Of a stretch of DNA of 64,000 bases, positions 1 to 10,185 are shown piece by piece. The DNA is from an uncultured Acidimicrobiaceae bacterium (lineage in GTDB: Bacteria > Actinomycetota > Acidimicrobiia > Acidimicrobiales > RAAP-2), in NCBI GenBank assembly GCA_937975915.1, contig CALJTY010000030.1:144413-208412 (forward strand). The letters run 5' to 3'. Numbering within the stretch: position 1 is the first letter of the stretch; the number at the start of each line of letters is the position of its first letter. The notes under the pieces are model-generated. The model was not told the DNA's origin, searched no databases, and was given only the letters and a program-made list of their open reading frames with translations. Both the position numbers and the translations under genes were made by a program.

Positions 1-7
1 CACGCCA

Positions 8-1105
8 GTGCGTGGACTCGATCTCTATCGCAATCCAGATCCATTCCGCCTTCCAGCGTTGAGTGAGTTCACTTCGTTTGCTGACCTCGCAGAGTTTGCG
101 GTGATGTGCACAGGTGGATTTGGTGAACCGCTTGCGTATTCACTTCGCATTAAGAAAATTTTGAAGAAGCGTCGCGCAGACTTTGACATTATTCATGACA
201 ACCAGTGCATTGGCACTGGCATCATGAGCCTGCACAATGATGGATGGCCACTTCTTGAAACGTTGCACCACCCAATTACTGTTGACCGCTCTATTGCCCT
301 GGACCACGCCGAAGGAATGTGGAAGCGCTACACCACAAGACGTTGGTTCGGCTTCCTTCGCATGCAGGTGCGCACTGTTAAGCGACTTCCAGCAGTGCTC
401 ACTGTTTCACATAACTCGAAGAAAGACATCAACGCTCAGATGAAAGTCCCTCTCGAGCGACTAACTGTCGTTCCTGTAGGTGTTGATCACACAGTCTTTA
501 AGCCATACGCCGATGTGGTGAAGAAGAAGGGTCGCCTCATGGTGACGACAAGTAGTGACGTTCCAATGAAGGGACTTGTTCCACTTCTTGAAGCAGTCGC
601 CAAACTTCGCACCGAACGAGACATTGACCTCATTGTTATTGGAAAGCCCAAGGCGAAGGGCCGTGTTCAAGAAACTATGGACCGCCTCGGACTAAATGAC
701 ATCGTGACAACTATTTCAGGAGTAACTGACGAAGAACTGGCTCGCCTGTATGGCGAAGCTGAAGTTGCAGTGGTTCCGAGTCTCTACGAAGGTTTCTCAC
801 TTCCAGCCATTGAAGCAATGAGCTGTGCAGTTCCAGTAATTGCAACGACTGGTGGAGCACTTCCTGAAGTCGTTGGTGTAAGCGGTGAAACAGGAATTCT
901 CGTTGAGCCAAACAACCCAGAAGCTCTAGTAACAGCAATTCGCAACCTGCTCGACGACGCTCCACTTCGCAAGAAGCTCGGTGACGCTGGTCGAGTGCGC
1001 GTTACTGAGCGCTTCACGTGGGAAGTAACAGCACGCGGAACTGCAGCTTGCTACGACGCAATTCTCAACAACAAACCACTACCAGACTCGATGGACTTTG
1101 ACTGA
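8..1105 (+). CDS. Glycosyltransferase family 4 (GT-B fold), probably 5'-truncated by the window edge
   Basis: The ORF runs to the window start, with the first in-frame GTG at 8. The C-terminal motif EGFSLPAIEAMSCAVPVIATTGGALPEVV is typical of GT4/GT1 enzymes. Confidence 0.8.
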   Translation: MRGLDLYRNPDPFRLPALSEFTSFADLAEFAVMCTGGFGEPLAYSLRIKKILKKRRADFDIIHDNQCIGTGIMSLHNDGWPLLETLHHPITVDRSIALDHAEGMWKRYTTRRWFGFLRMQVRTVKRLPAVLTVSHNSKKDINAQMKVPLERLTVVPVGVDHTVFKPYADVVKKKGRLMVTTSSDVPMKGLVPLLEAVAKLRTERDIDLIVIGKPKAKGRVQETMDRLGLNDIVTTISGVTDEELARLYGEAEVAVVPSLYEGFSLPAIEAMSCAVPVIATTGGALPEVVGVSGETGILVEPNNPEALVTAIRNLLDDAPLRKKLGDAGRVRVTERFTWEVTARGTAACYDAILNNKPLPDSMDFD

Positions 1106-1821
1106 TGCTTACAGCTAATTACGACATTCTCGGACTGAAGTCCGGTGACAAGATTCTTGACCTTGGATGCGGCTTTGGTCGTCACGCCTTTGAAGCTGCT
1201 CGCAGAGGAGCCAACGTGGTCGCCCTCGATGCAGGTCGCGACGAAGTTGAAGGTGTAGCCGCAACATTTGCAGCCATGGTTGAAGCAGGCGAGCTTTCAC
1301 TTGAGAACTTGCATGTTGCAGCTGTGCAAGGTGACGCACTCGCCATTCCATTCCCCGATGGAACATTCGATCGTGTCATTTGCTCTGAAGTTCTAGAGCA
1401 CATTCCTGACGACATTGGCGCAATGCGCGAACTCGCTCGTGTACTTCGACCCGGCGGCACTATGGCCATTACTGTTCCTCGTTTTGGACCAGAGCTCATT
1501 AACTGGGCACTATCTGATGCATATCACAACGTTCCTGGCGGACACATTCGAATCTTTAGAAAGTCGCAGATTAAGAAGCGTCTCACTTCAGTCGGAATGA
1601 AAGTCACGAGTCACCACTACGCGCACGGGCTTCACAGCCCCTACTGGTGGTTGAAGTGCTTGGTCGGAACTAAGAATGACCAGAACTGGTTTGTTCGCCA
1701 GTATCACAAGCTTCTCGTGTGGGACATCGTGAAGGGTCCTCGAACAACTCGCATCTTGGAAAAAGTCCTTGCTCCAATTATGGGTAAGTCCATCATCATT
1801 TACCTAGTGAAGCCTCTGTAG
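1105..1821 (+). CDS. Class I SAM-dependent methyltransferase (Methyltransf_11-like)
   Basis: SAM motif I ILDLGCGFGRH, followed by VVALD and RPGG motifs. The ATG overlaps the upstream stop (TGATG). Confidence 0.8.
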   Translation: MLTANYDILGLKSGDKILDLGCGFGRHAFEAARRGANVVALDAGRDEVEGVAATFAAMVEAGELSLENLHVAAVQGDALAIPFPDGTFDRVICSEVLEHIPDDIGAMRELARVLRPGGTMAITVPRFGPELINWALSDAYHNVPGGHIRIFRKSQIKKRLTSVGMKVTSHHYAHGLHSPYWWLKCLVGTKNDQNWFVRQYHKLLVWDIVKGPRTTRILEKVLAPIMGKSIIIYLVKPL

Positions 1822-1823
1822 CC

Positions 1824-2897
1824 ATGTCACTTACGTCTCAGCACATGTCGGGAGTTCCGGGAATTCTTACCTCGGAGCAAATTGCTCAAACTGCGAAGCA
1901 GCTCAGCACCTTGCAAGTGAAGAGCGGACAGATCCCTTGGTTCCCTGGCGGTCACTGTGACCCGTGGAACCACGTTGAAGCAGCCATGGCACTCACTATT
2001 ACTGGGTACCAAGATGAAGCGCGCGCTGCGTACAAGTGGCTAGCGGACATGCAGCTGAAAGATGGAAGCTGGTTCAACTACTACGTAGGTGCTCACGTCA
2101 AAGATGCACGACTAGACACAAATGTCTGTGCCTACATCGCTGCTGGGATTTATCACTACTTACTCGTGACTGAAGATGTTGACTTCTGTGCACAAATGTG
2201 GCCGACCGTTGAAGCAGCGATTGATTTCGTTCTGCGCTGGCAATTAGGTGACGGCACTATTCGCTGGTCGCTCGATTCACTCGGTCACCCAGAAACGTAC
2301 GCATTGCTAACGGGCTCATCGTCAATTTTTCACTCACTGCGATGCGCTGTGGCACTTGGTGAGCGTCTCGGTCACGCTAAGCCAGCGTGGGAACTTGCTG
2401 CTGGGCGCCTGGGCCACGTGGTTGCTCATCACCCTGGAGCATTTGCTCCAAAGAACGAATTCGCCATGGACTGGTACTACCCAATTTTTAGTGGCGCCCT
2501 TCACGGAAGCGCGGGGGAGAAGCGCATTAACGATGGCTGGGAGCGCCACGTAATGGCTGACTTCGGAGTTCGCTGCGTTTCTACAAACGACTGGGTTACT
2601 GCAGCAGAGACTGCAGAATGTGTACTTTCACTGGACGCACTCGGACTTACCACTCAGGCGCTGGATCTCTTTTCTTGCACAACTCGTCACCGTCGCGAAG
2701 ATGGTGCGTACTGGACAGGCATTGCGTACCCTGAGGCAGTTACGTTCCCACACGCAGAAACTTCGAGTTACACATCGGCTGCAATTATTTTGGCTGCGGA
2801 TGCCCTGACCTCTTCGTCGCCTGCCGCTGGACTATTTCGCCACGAAGTACTGGGCGAGCCGCTTGATCTTCCTGAACCAGGTTGTCGAATTAACTAA
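1824..2897 (+). CDS. Prenyltransferase/squalene-oxidase repeat (alpha/alpha-toroid) protein
   Basis: Four QW-like repeats: QVKSGQIPWF, QLKDGSWFNY, QLGDGTIRWS, RREDGAYWTG. I saw no DxDD or DDxxD catalytic motif. Confidence 0.65.
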   Translation: MSLTSQHMSGVPGILTSEQIAQTAKQLSTLQVKSGQIPWFPGGHCDPWNHVEAAMALTITGYQDEARAAYKWLADMQLKDGSWFNYYVGAHVKDARLDTNVCAYIAAGIYHYLLVTEDVDFCAQMWPTVEAAIDFVLRWQLGDGTIRWSLDSLGHPETYALLTGSSSIFHSLRCAVALGERLGHAKPAWELAAGRLGHVVAHHPGAFAPKNEFAMDWYYPIFSGALHGSAGEKRINDGWERHVMADFGVRCVSTNDWVTAAETAECVLSLDALGLTTQALDLFSCTTRHRREDGAYWTGIAYPEAVTFPHAETSSYTSAAIILAADALTSSSPAAGLFRHEVLGEPLDLPEPGCRIN

Positions 2898-3525
2898 CTC
2901 GGCGAAGTACGCGAAGCGATCCTTCGTCACCGATCTCTTCGAATTTTCCACTCTCTAGAGCGGCAAGATAAATCTCGTATGGCGGACGTCCGCCATCTGC
3001 AGGATTTGGAAAGACATCGTGAATGAGCAGTAGTCCTCCAGCAGCGACCTTTGGAGTCCACGCTTCGTAATCTGCCCACGCAACTTCTTTGCCGTGACCT
3101 CCGTCAATAAAAAGGACGTCAAGTGGCTGGGCAAAATGTTCTGCAACAACTAGTGATGGTCCAACTAGTCCAATCACTGTTGATTCGAGTTTGGCGTCAG
3201 CAATTGTTCGCTGCCAGGTAGGAAGAGTATTGAGCCTGCCATCGACTGGGTCGACGAGCAATGGGTCAAAGTGTTCCCATCCCGCCTGGTTCTCTTCGCT
3301 GCCGTGGTGGTGGTCAAGTGAATAAAGGACTGCACCAGTTTCTTCGGCGGCGCTTCCGATGTAGACAGCTGATTTTCCGCACCAGGCCCCAACCTCGAGC
3401 CACGTTCCACCAGAATTACGTTCTCCATGAGAACGGGTGTATTCATGCAGAGCGAGACCTTCGTTGGTCGGCATAAATCCCTTTACGCCTTCAGCGAAAT
3501 TAAGCAGTTCTGATCGACGACTCAT
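2890..3525 (-). CDS. Class I SAM-dependent methyltransferase (Methyltransf_24/CmcI-like)
   Basis: LEVGAWCGKSAVYIG (motif I) and VLFIDGGH. The 3' end overlaps convergent ORF 1824..2897 by 8 nt. The start overlaps the upstream stop (ATGA). Confidence 0.7.
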   Translation of the reverse strand: MSRRSELLNFAEGVKGFMPTNEGLALHEYTRSHGERNSGGTWLEVGAWCGKSAVYIGSAAEETGAVLYSLDHHHGSEENQAGWEHFDPLLVDPVDGRLNTLPTWQRTIADAKLESTVIGLVGPSLVVAEHFAQPLDVLFIDGGHGKEVAWADYEAWTPKVAAGGLLLIHDVFPNPADGGRPPYEIYLAALESGKFEEIGDEGSLRVLRRVS

Positions 3526-4115
3526 TCAGCGATTAGTTGGAATACTGAATAAATTCCCAGACCCGCAAAGATGAGTCCTCCGGCATAACGAATTTTTTGA
3601 AGTGAGAACTTTTTGACAAGAAACTGCCCACCGTATACACCGACAATTTCAACAAGAATTAGACCAATTGAAGAAGCAAAGAATACTGCGATTGGTAGGT
3701 GAGTCTTGGCGGTCAAGTTGGCGGCCTGGATTTGTGTGATGTCACCGAATTCGCCGACGAAAATAACACTGAAAGCCACAGTGAATTCTTTCCACCACGT
3801 CGCTGATTTTTCAGCCGATGCCTCTTCTTCACCTTTTTCCAGTTCCACTTTTTCTGGAACAAAAAGCAAGTAAGCGGCACCACCTAAAAACAAAATAGCG
3901 ATGACTATCTCTTTGATCGTTGTGGGAAACGTTGCAATGAGTTGACCTGCAGCACAGGCAATCCCCATGTGAATCACAAGCGCGAGGCATGCTCCAAAAA
4001 GTACGGGTATTGGCCGAGCCTTTGTGGCCATAACAATTGTTGCAATAAATGATTTATCGGGTAGTTCAATTATAAAAAACAGTCCAATAATGAATAAGAA
4101 ATATCCGATGCTCAT
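3522..4115 (-). CDS. UPF0016/GDT1 (TMEM165, MneA-like) family cation transporter
   Basis: Two copies of the E-x-G-D-[KR]-[ST]-like signature (ELPDKSF, EFGDITQ). These sit in a two-half polytopic membrane protein with an acidic central loop. Confidence 0.7.
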   Translation of the reverse strand: MSIGYFLFIIGLFFIIELPDKSFIATIVMATKARPIPVLFGACLALVIHMGIACAAGQLIATFPTTIKEIVIAILFLGGAAYLLFVPEKVELEKGEEEASAEKSATWWKEFTVAFSVIFVGEFGDITQIQAANLTAKTHLPIAVFFASSIGLILVEIVGVYGGQFLVKKFSLQKIRYAGGLIFAGLGIYSVFQLIAE

Positions 4116-4124
4116 TTACTAAGC

Positions 4125-6650
4125 CTAGAACTGCGAACGCATTGCTTTGGTGAATGCAATTCCAACGTGCATGCGCTCAATTTCCTGGTCGACAGTCTTT
4201 TGGCGACCAGCAAGTGCGTGCTCATTGTGGAATTTCTCAACTTCACGTGAGAATGCTTCATCAGTAACGTACGTCGATACTCCAACAGCGAGGCGCGCGT
4301 GTGCGCTCGAAGGGAAGCGGTCCATTGCTTCGTCCCAACGCTTTGCGATGACCTTCCACACTGCTGGACCTGAGACACGATTACGACTGTAGAAACCAAG
4401 CATCATTCCACCGTCTTGGTTACGGAATGTTGAGTAACACATTTCGGTGGCGCGAAGTAGCAATGCTTCATCAGTAAAGAATCCAAGTGCCATGCGGTAA
4501 TTGTTTTCATCCTGTGGAGTGGCAGCATTCTGACAACGCTTCCAGAACTCATCGAAGTCTGCAGCTTGACCTTGCTCTCCAATGACGCGAAGTACAGGGA
4601 TCAAAATGTCACCGTGAATGTTGCCGGCATCAAAACGCTTACGAGCTTCTGCAATCACCGCTGGGTTCTTGGCAACACTTCCCAGTGTTCCAATTGCGAG
4701 ACCACGGGCCTTGCCATCAAAGGTGTCTTCATTGGCCTTAGGGTCCCAACCGAATGCATCAAGAACAGGAGCGAAGATGTCATTAGCGAAAGCGGCAATC
4801 TTTGGAGTCTGCTCAGGAGTTAAAACGCGATTCAGCATTTCAATTGCTGCGGCCACAGTTTCTAAAGAAGCGACTTCTCTAAATGGTGCAGCGCTTCGTG
4901 CGAGCTCTTCAAAGCTGGCCCATGTGATCTGTCCAGCAAAGAGCGCTGCCCATGCATCGAGCAAGATGTTTGCGCGGTCAACTTTTTCAAGTTCACCGAA
5001 TCGAGCTGCGATGGCTGATGATTCTGCGGCGCCGTAGCGGGTACGAAATACTCCAGATGCACCAACATTTACGAGCACGGGTGCAGCATCACTGACCGTG
5101 ATTGGCGTATCGCTCAATAAGTTACGAGTAACAGTTTTTGAATCCAGTGACTTCGTGAGTACTGGCACTAACCACTTCTTTCCGATCTCACTAGAAGGCG
5201 ATGTAGGGGTAGCTACAAGACTTCCGTAAGCGAAAGGTTGCTGAGAGATCTGACCGTTTTCCAGTGTGACCATTGGGTGGCCACCCTGCAAAATGAAGGT
5301 GTTCATGATGTCTCGAACTGGCTTGCCAGATTCTTCTTCGAGCGCGTCCCATAGGTCGGTAGTTACGGTGTTCTTGTAACTGTGCTTCTTCAAGTAACGG
5401 CGAATTCCGTTTCGGTATGTCTCTTCACCGAGGAATTGCTGAAGCATTCGTAGAACTCCACCACCCTTTTCGTAGGTGAGAACATCGAACATTCCTTGTG
5501 TGTCGTCTGGCGAAATGACTTCGTATTCAATTGGTCGAGTCGAGTGAAGTCCGTCAACCTTCATTGCCATTTCACGGTCAATAACTGCGAACCAAGTCCA
5601 GATGTCCCATTCAGGTCGGAAGTCTTCCATTGCGAGTGTGGCGCAGAATGTGGCGAATGCTTCGTTGAGCCAAATTCCTTCCCACCATTCCATGGTTACA
5701 AGGTCACCAAACCACATGTGAGCAATTTCGTGAGCAACAACTTCAGCCACACGTTGCACAGCTGCGAGTCCGGCAACTTCTGGGTCAACGAGCAGTGCAG
5801 TTTCGCGGTATGTCACGAGACCTAAGTTCTCCATCGCACCAGCAGCAAAGTCGGGGATCGCAATCATGTCGAGTTTTTCGCCTGGGTAGGGAATGTCGAA
5901 GTATGAAGAGAAGAAACGAAGTGCGTGCGTACCAGCTTCCATGGCGAGGTCCGTTAGGTGGCCCTTTCCAAGTGGGTAGATCACTCGAAGTGGCACACCA
6001 TCAACATCAACTGCCTCAGTTGATTCGAAAGGTCCCACGCAGAATGCAACGAGATACGTTGACATGATCATGGTTGGTGAGTAAGCAACAGTCTTTTGAC
6101 CATTACCAAGATCAACGTTTGAAGTCTCAGGGTTATTTGAATACACCGCCAAGTGTGAAGGAACCGTGAGGTTCACCTGGTAGGTCGCCTTGAAAGATGG
6201 CTCGTCCCAGCAAGGGAAAGCTTGGCGAGCATAGGAGTGCTCAAACTGCGTAGTCGCAATTCGGTGCTCAGTGCCGCTGGCGTCGGTGTACTTTGAAAGG
6301 TAGAAACCTTGCAGGTGGTCGTTAAGAACTCCGGTAAAGGCAATCTCTAGAACGCCAGCGCCCGTTGGCAAAGCACTCTCGAAGCTAAAGGTTGCAGTCT
6401 CGTATTTGTCGTTAAGGGTCAAGCTCGTTGAGCGAAGCGACGTGGAGCCTGAGGTGATGGTTGCGTCACCCATCTCGAGCGCCTTGGCGTTCAACGTGAA
6501 GGAGGTATTTGACTCTTTTACGTCAATGTCGATCTCTACGCGGCCCGAAAAGGTGGCGGCGTCGAGGTCTGGAGTGATGAAAATTCGATAGGCCGATGGG
6601 ACAATCGAACGGTCGAGGCGGTATGGATTCTTTGCAGTGCTCATAGGCAT
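4125..6650 (-). CDS. pepN: Aminopeptidase N (M1 family zinc metallopeptidase)
   Basis: GAMEN exopeptidase motif and HEIAHMWFGDLVTMEWWEGIWLNEAFA (HExxH-x18-E). Length 841 aa. Confidence 0.95.
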   Translation of the reverse strand: MPMSTAKNPYRLDRSIVPSAYRIFITPDLDAATFSGRVEIDIDVKESNTSFTLNAKALEMGDATITSGSTSLRSTSLTLNDKYETATFSFESALPTGAGVLEIAFTGVLNDHLQGFYLSKYTDASGTEHRIATTQFEHSYARQAFPCWDEPSFKATYQVNLTVPSHLAVYSNNPETSNVDLGNGQKTVAYSPTMIMSTYLVAFCVGPFESTEAVDVDGVPLRVIYPLGKGHLTDLAMEAGTHALRFFSSYFDIPYPGEKLDMIAIPDFAAGAMENLGLVTYRETALLVDPEVAGLAAVQRVAEVVAHEIAHMWFGDLVTMEWWEGIWLNEAFATFCATLAMEDFRPEWDIWTWFAVIDREMAMKVDGLHSTRPIEYEVISPDDTQGMFDVLTYEKGGGVLRMLQQFLGEETYRNGIRRYLKKHSYKNTVTTDLWDALEEESGKPVRDIMNTFILQGGHPMVTLENGQISQQPFAYGSLVATPTSPSSEIGKKWLVPVLTKSLDSKTVTRNLLSDTPITVSDAAPVLVNVGASGVFRTRYGAAESSAIAARFGELEKVDRANILLDAWAALFAGQITWASFEELARSAAPFREVASLETVAAAIEMLNRVLTPEQTPKIAAFANDIFAPVLDAFGWDPKANEDTFDGKARGLAIGTLGSVAKNPAVIAEARKRFDAGNIHGDILIPVLRVIGEQGQAADFDEFWKRCQNAATPQDENNYRMALGFFTDEALLLRATEMCYSTFRNQDGGMMLGFYSRNRVSGPAVWKVIAKRWDEAMDRFPSSAHARLAVGVSTYVTDEAFSREVEKFHNEHALAGRQKTVDQEIERMHVGIAFTKAMRSQF

Positions 6651-6683
6651 CCACCCTAGGGGAAAATCTTCTACGCTCGCTAA

Positions 6684-7721
6684 GTGACAAATTCTCAGAC
6701 GCCAGTTTCCCTTCGTAAAAAGCCCGGCCCAAATCGCCTTGCGGTTACTGGTATTGGCAACGCGATGCTCGACATTATTTCTCGCGACTCAGATGAGGTG
6801 TACGCAGATCTTGGTTTCATCAAAGCCTCGATGAGCCTCGTTGACGTTGACAGACTCGAAACGATTTATAACGCAATGGGACCAACAACACAGATGAGCG
6901 GTGGCTCAGTTGCAAACTCAATCTCTGGTGTTGCCAATCTTGGTGGAACGTGTGGCTTCATTGGAAAAGTCGCCAACGATGAATTCGGCGAACGATTCCA
7001 GCACGACTTGAAATCACTTGGTGCAGAACTCGATGTTGCAATTGCCGCACCTGATGAAGGAGCAACTGGTCGTTGTCACGTTTTTATTACTGATGATGCG
7101 CAGCGCACTATGGCCACGTACTTAGGTGCTGGTAATCAACTTCGTCCAGATGACATTCGCGAAGACCTCATTTCACGTTCAGAAATCACGTACGTTGAGG
7201 GCTACTTGTTTGACCTTCCGCCAGCGAAGGAAGCAATCAAAAAAGTTGTCAACTTCGCACACGAACATGACTCAATGGTTGCCCTTTCTCTTTCTGACAG
7301 TTTTTGCGTAGACCGCCACCGTCGAGACTTCCTTGAGCTCATCACCAACGATGTTGACCTACTGCTTTGCAACAAGGATGAAATACTTTCGCTCTTTCAA
7401 GTTGAGACACTGCCTGAGGCTTATGACCTTATTGATGAACTCGGAATCCTTGCGGTGGTCACCCGTGGACCAGAGGGGGCAGACGTTCTTTCATTCTCTG
7501 AAGTGGTCAATGTTCCAGCAGCTGAAGTTGAGCATGTGGTTGATCAAAATGGTGCGGGCGACATGTTCGCTGCAGGATTTCTTTACGGCATGGCCCTTGG
7601 CTGTGACCCTGTTGAAGCGGCGCAACTCGGATCACTCTGCGCTGGTGAAGTTATTAAGCACCTCGGAGCTCGACCAGAAGTTGATCTGGAAGAACTCGCT
7701 ATCGAAGCAGGACTGCTCTAG
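6684..7721 (+). CDS. PfkB-family carbohydrate/nucleoside kinase (adenosine-kinase-like)
   Basis: C-terminal DQNGAGDMFAAGFLYG (PfkB signature 2) and an N-terminal GG region. GTG start. Confidence 0.8.
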   Translation: MTNSQTPVSLRKKPGPNRLAVTGIGNAMLDIISRDSDEVYADLGFIKASMSLVDVDRLETIYNAMGPTTQMSGGSVANSISGVANLGGTCGFIGKVANDEFGERFQHDLKSLGAELDVAIAAPDEGATGRCHVFITDDAQRTMATYLGAGNQLRPDDIREDLISRSEITYVEGYLFDLPPAKEAIKKVVNFAHEHDSMVALSLSDSFCVDRHRRDFLELITNDVDLLLCNKDEILSLFQVETLPEAYDLIDELGILAVVTRGPEGADVLSFSEVVNVPAAEVEHVVDQNGAGDMFAAGFLYGMALGCDPVEAAQLGSLCAGEVIKHLGARPEVDLEELAIEAGLL

Positions 7722-7724
7722 TTC

Positions 7725-8564
7725 TTAGAGTCCGAGCTCGTCGAGTTCAGAATCGATCTCTCTGGTACGAATCGTTTCCCATTTCACCCACATCACTACG
7801 AGTGGAATGCACGCAAGAAGCATCAGACCGTCGCCGCCAATCCACATGATGGATCCACCAAGTTTGACGTTGTCAAGAATTGAAGTGGGAGTTGATCCCA
7901 TTGGTGCCATTGTGGCGTAACCAGGGAATGGGTTCTTCACCGACATAATTAGCGCGAGTCCAGTGAACGTATCAACAGGAACTGCGGCCATCACGTAGAC
8001 CAGTCGAAGTCCGGGGTGCAGCTTCATGCCTCGCTCGAGTCCAAAAGCCACTCTGAAAAATAAGTATCCAATGACGAGAAAAGCAATCTGCTCTGCATGA
8101 TGAACAAGGGAATACTTCATCATGAGATCAAAGAGCCCCGTGAGGTGCGTGACCGGGATGAACACTACGTACGCGGCAAAACCAAAGAGTGGGTGCAACA
8201 CAACACGCATAAAGCGGCCGTCAATGAAGTTTTTTGCCCAAGGCGGCCCGACCTTGCTGATGAGATCGAGTGGGCGAGCACAAGCGAATAATGGAGCCGC
8301 AGCCATAATCAGAAGCAGGTGCTGGACCATGTGGGCGCTGAAGTACTCCATATCGAAGTAACCAATGACGCTCTGGGTGGCCATAAAGGTGACAACGAGG
8401 CCGAGGTAAAAGAACAACGAAGGCGCTAGCGGCCAGTTCTTTGCCCTTCGAGCTCCAACTGCGTACAAACAGCCAGCACTAAGGAGAAGAACGATTGGCA
8501 CTATGCCTAGATGCCAGAGGTTTAAATGGCCCCACGAGAACTCATTCATTTGCATGTTTGACAC
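7725..8564 (-). CDS. Cytochrome c oxidase assembly factor CtaG-like (Caa3_CtaG family) membrane protein
   Basis: Polytopic membrane protein carrying FSAHMVQHLLLIMAAAPLF, the conserved HMxxH region of the Caa3_CtaG family. Confidence 0.7.
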   Translation of the reverse strand: MSNMQMNEFSWGHLNLWHLGIVPIVLLLSAGCLYAVGARRAKNWPLAPSLFFYLGLVVTFMATQSVIGYFDMEYFSAHMVQHLLLIMAAAPLFACARPLDLISKVGPPWAKNFIDGRFMRVVLHPLFGFAAYVVFIPVTHLTGLFDLMMKYSLVHHAEQIAFLVIGYLFFRVAFGLERGMKLHPGLRLVYVMAAVPVDTFTGLALIMSVKNPFPGYATMAPMGSTPTSILDNVKLGGSIMWIGGDGLMLLACIPLVVMWVKWETIRTREIDSELDELGL

Positions 8565-8619
8565 CAGTTCATCCTAGGGCTGGGCTTAGAAAATGAAGTC
8601 CACTAGGTAGGATGGCAAC

Positions 8620-8994
8620 GTGAAGTCTAAGTATCTAACCAAGCAGGCACTAATTCTGCACGTTTGTTTGATCGCCTGGCTATCTATGTGTGCTTCAGCC
8701 GCGTATTGGCAAGTTGGTCGTGCTATTCAGGGCAACTCACTTAGCTTCCTCTACTCAATTGAGTGGCCTTGTTTCGCAGTTCTTGGATTCTTCGGATGGT
8801 GGGCACTGCTCAATCAAGAAAAAGTCACTGAGCACCAAGAAAAAGCGCGCCGTGATTTTGAAGATAAGCAGCGCGCATTGGCACAGGCCGCTCGAGCTGC
8901 CGAGTCAATGTCAGAAGATCCACAAATGGCCGCGTACAACGATCACCTAGAAAGCATTGCTACAAAACCTAAAAAGAAACTGTTTGGACACTAA
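8620..8994 (+). CDS. Hypothetical small membrane protein
   Basis: Two hydrophobic helices followed by a charged, helix-prone C-terminus. No family recognised. Confidence 0.4.
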   Translation: MKSKYLTKQALILHVCLIAWLSMCASAAYWQVGRAIQGNSLSFLYSIEWPCFAVLGFFGWWALLNQEKVTEHQEKARRDFEDKQRALAQAARAAESMSEDPQMAAYNDHLESIATKPKKKLFGH

Positions 8995-9321
8995 ATGTTA
9001 AAAGCCTTTAATCGATACCGAATTATGTCTTTCATTACTGGAACTACTTTGCTGATGCTTTGTGCAACATTGATTCTTCACAAAGTTGACGCGACCGCGT
9101 GGCACCACATCAAGTGGTTCGTAAGCCTCGTTGGTGTCGGACACGGGATTGTCTTGTACCCGATTTATCTCATTGCATCATTCAACTTGGCTCTGAAGGC
9201 AAAACTTCACGTGGGCTACATCGCTCTCATGCTTCTTTCAGGATTTGTTCCAGGTCTCGCTTTCTACATGGAGAGTCGAATGGAGAAGAAGTTGTTCCCG
9301 CAAGGTCGAACTAACGCGTGA
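8995..9321 (+). CDS. DUF3817-like integral membrane protein
   Basis: About 100 aa with 3 TM helices. The pattern RYRIMSFITGTTLL...GVGHGIVLYPIYL...FVPGLAFYME resembles DUF3817. It starts immediately after the upstream stop. Confidence 0.5.
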   Translation: MLKAFNRYRIMSFITGTTLLMLCATLILHKVDATAWHHIKWFVSLVGVGHGIVLYPIYLIASFNLALKAKLHVGYIALMLLSGFVPGLAFYMESRMEKKLFPQGRTNA

Positions 9322-10175
9322 GTAGTCCTTGGCTCGAGCGCAGAGTAATTTCATTTGCTCACCAAGGCGGGTCCTTCGAAGGGCCATCATCAACAATCTC
9401 AGCAATTTCGAATGCACTAAAGAATGGCGCCACTGCAGTTGAACTTGACGTTCACGCAACAAAAGACCGAAAGATAGTGGTCTGTCACGATGAAACCGTT
9501 GACCGCACCACAAATCACCAGGGGAGCATTGCCAATTTCACCTTGGCCGAGATCCAAGAAATGGATAATGCGTATTGGTGGATTGTGGGAGAAGCAGTTT
9601 CTCCAGGTCACAGTGACAGCGAATACGTGCACCGAGGCAAAGCACCTAAAGACCGTAATTTTGGAATCGCAACGCTAGAAGAAGTGAGCGAAGCGTTCCC
9701 AGGAGTTCTACTCAACATGGACATCAAGCAAACAACTCCTGATGTTGAGCCTTACGAAGAGCTGCTCTACAAAGAACTGCAACGACTTGAGCGAACAAGC
9801 TCAGTGATTGTTGCATCATTTCATGACGATGCGATTCAGAAGTTTCGCTCGCTGGCCCCCGAAGTTGCTACTTCTGCGGCGACAAATGAGACCTCAGCGT
9901 TCTTCTTCTCGATGCTCGAAGGCGGTGAACTTAAAGTCCCGCCGGTGTGCTCATTCCAGGTTCCAGAATCATTCGGAGACATCACGGTTGTAAATGAGCA
10001 ATTTGTTGAGTCAGCTCACAAATCAGGTGTGGCCGTGCACGTATGGACAATTAATGATGTCGAGTCGATGTCCAGATTGGTGGACCTCGGGGTAGATGGC
10101 GTGATAACCGACACGCCTACGCCACTTAGTGCCCTCCTAAAAGAGCGAAACTGTGGGTGGGACGGGAAACTGTAA
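9318..10175 (+). CDS. Glycerophosphodiester phosphodiesterase (GDPD family)
   Basis: FAHQGG ... ELDVHATKDRKIVVCHDETVDRTTN matches the catalytic His/Glu/Asp/His pattern of GlpQ/UgpQ enzymes. Confidence 0.85.
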   Translation: MSSPWLERRVISFAHQGGSFEGPSSTISAISNALKNGATAVELDVHATKDRKIVVCHDETVDRTTNHQGSIANFTLAEIQEMDNAYWWIVGEAVSPGHSDSEYVHRGKAPKDRNFGIATLEEVSEAFPGVLLNMDIKQTTPDVEPYEELLYKELQRLERTSSVIVASFHDDAIQKFRSLAPEVATSAATNETSAFFFSMLEGGELKVPPVCSFQVPESFGDITVVNEQFVESAHKSGVAVHVWTINDVESMSRLVDLGVDGVITDTPTPLSALLKERNCGWDGKL

Positions 10176-10185
10176 GGGTACGGCT

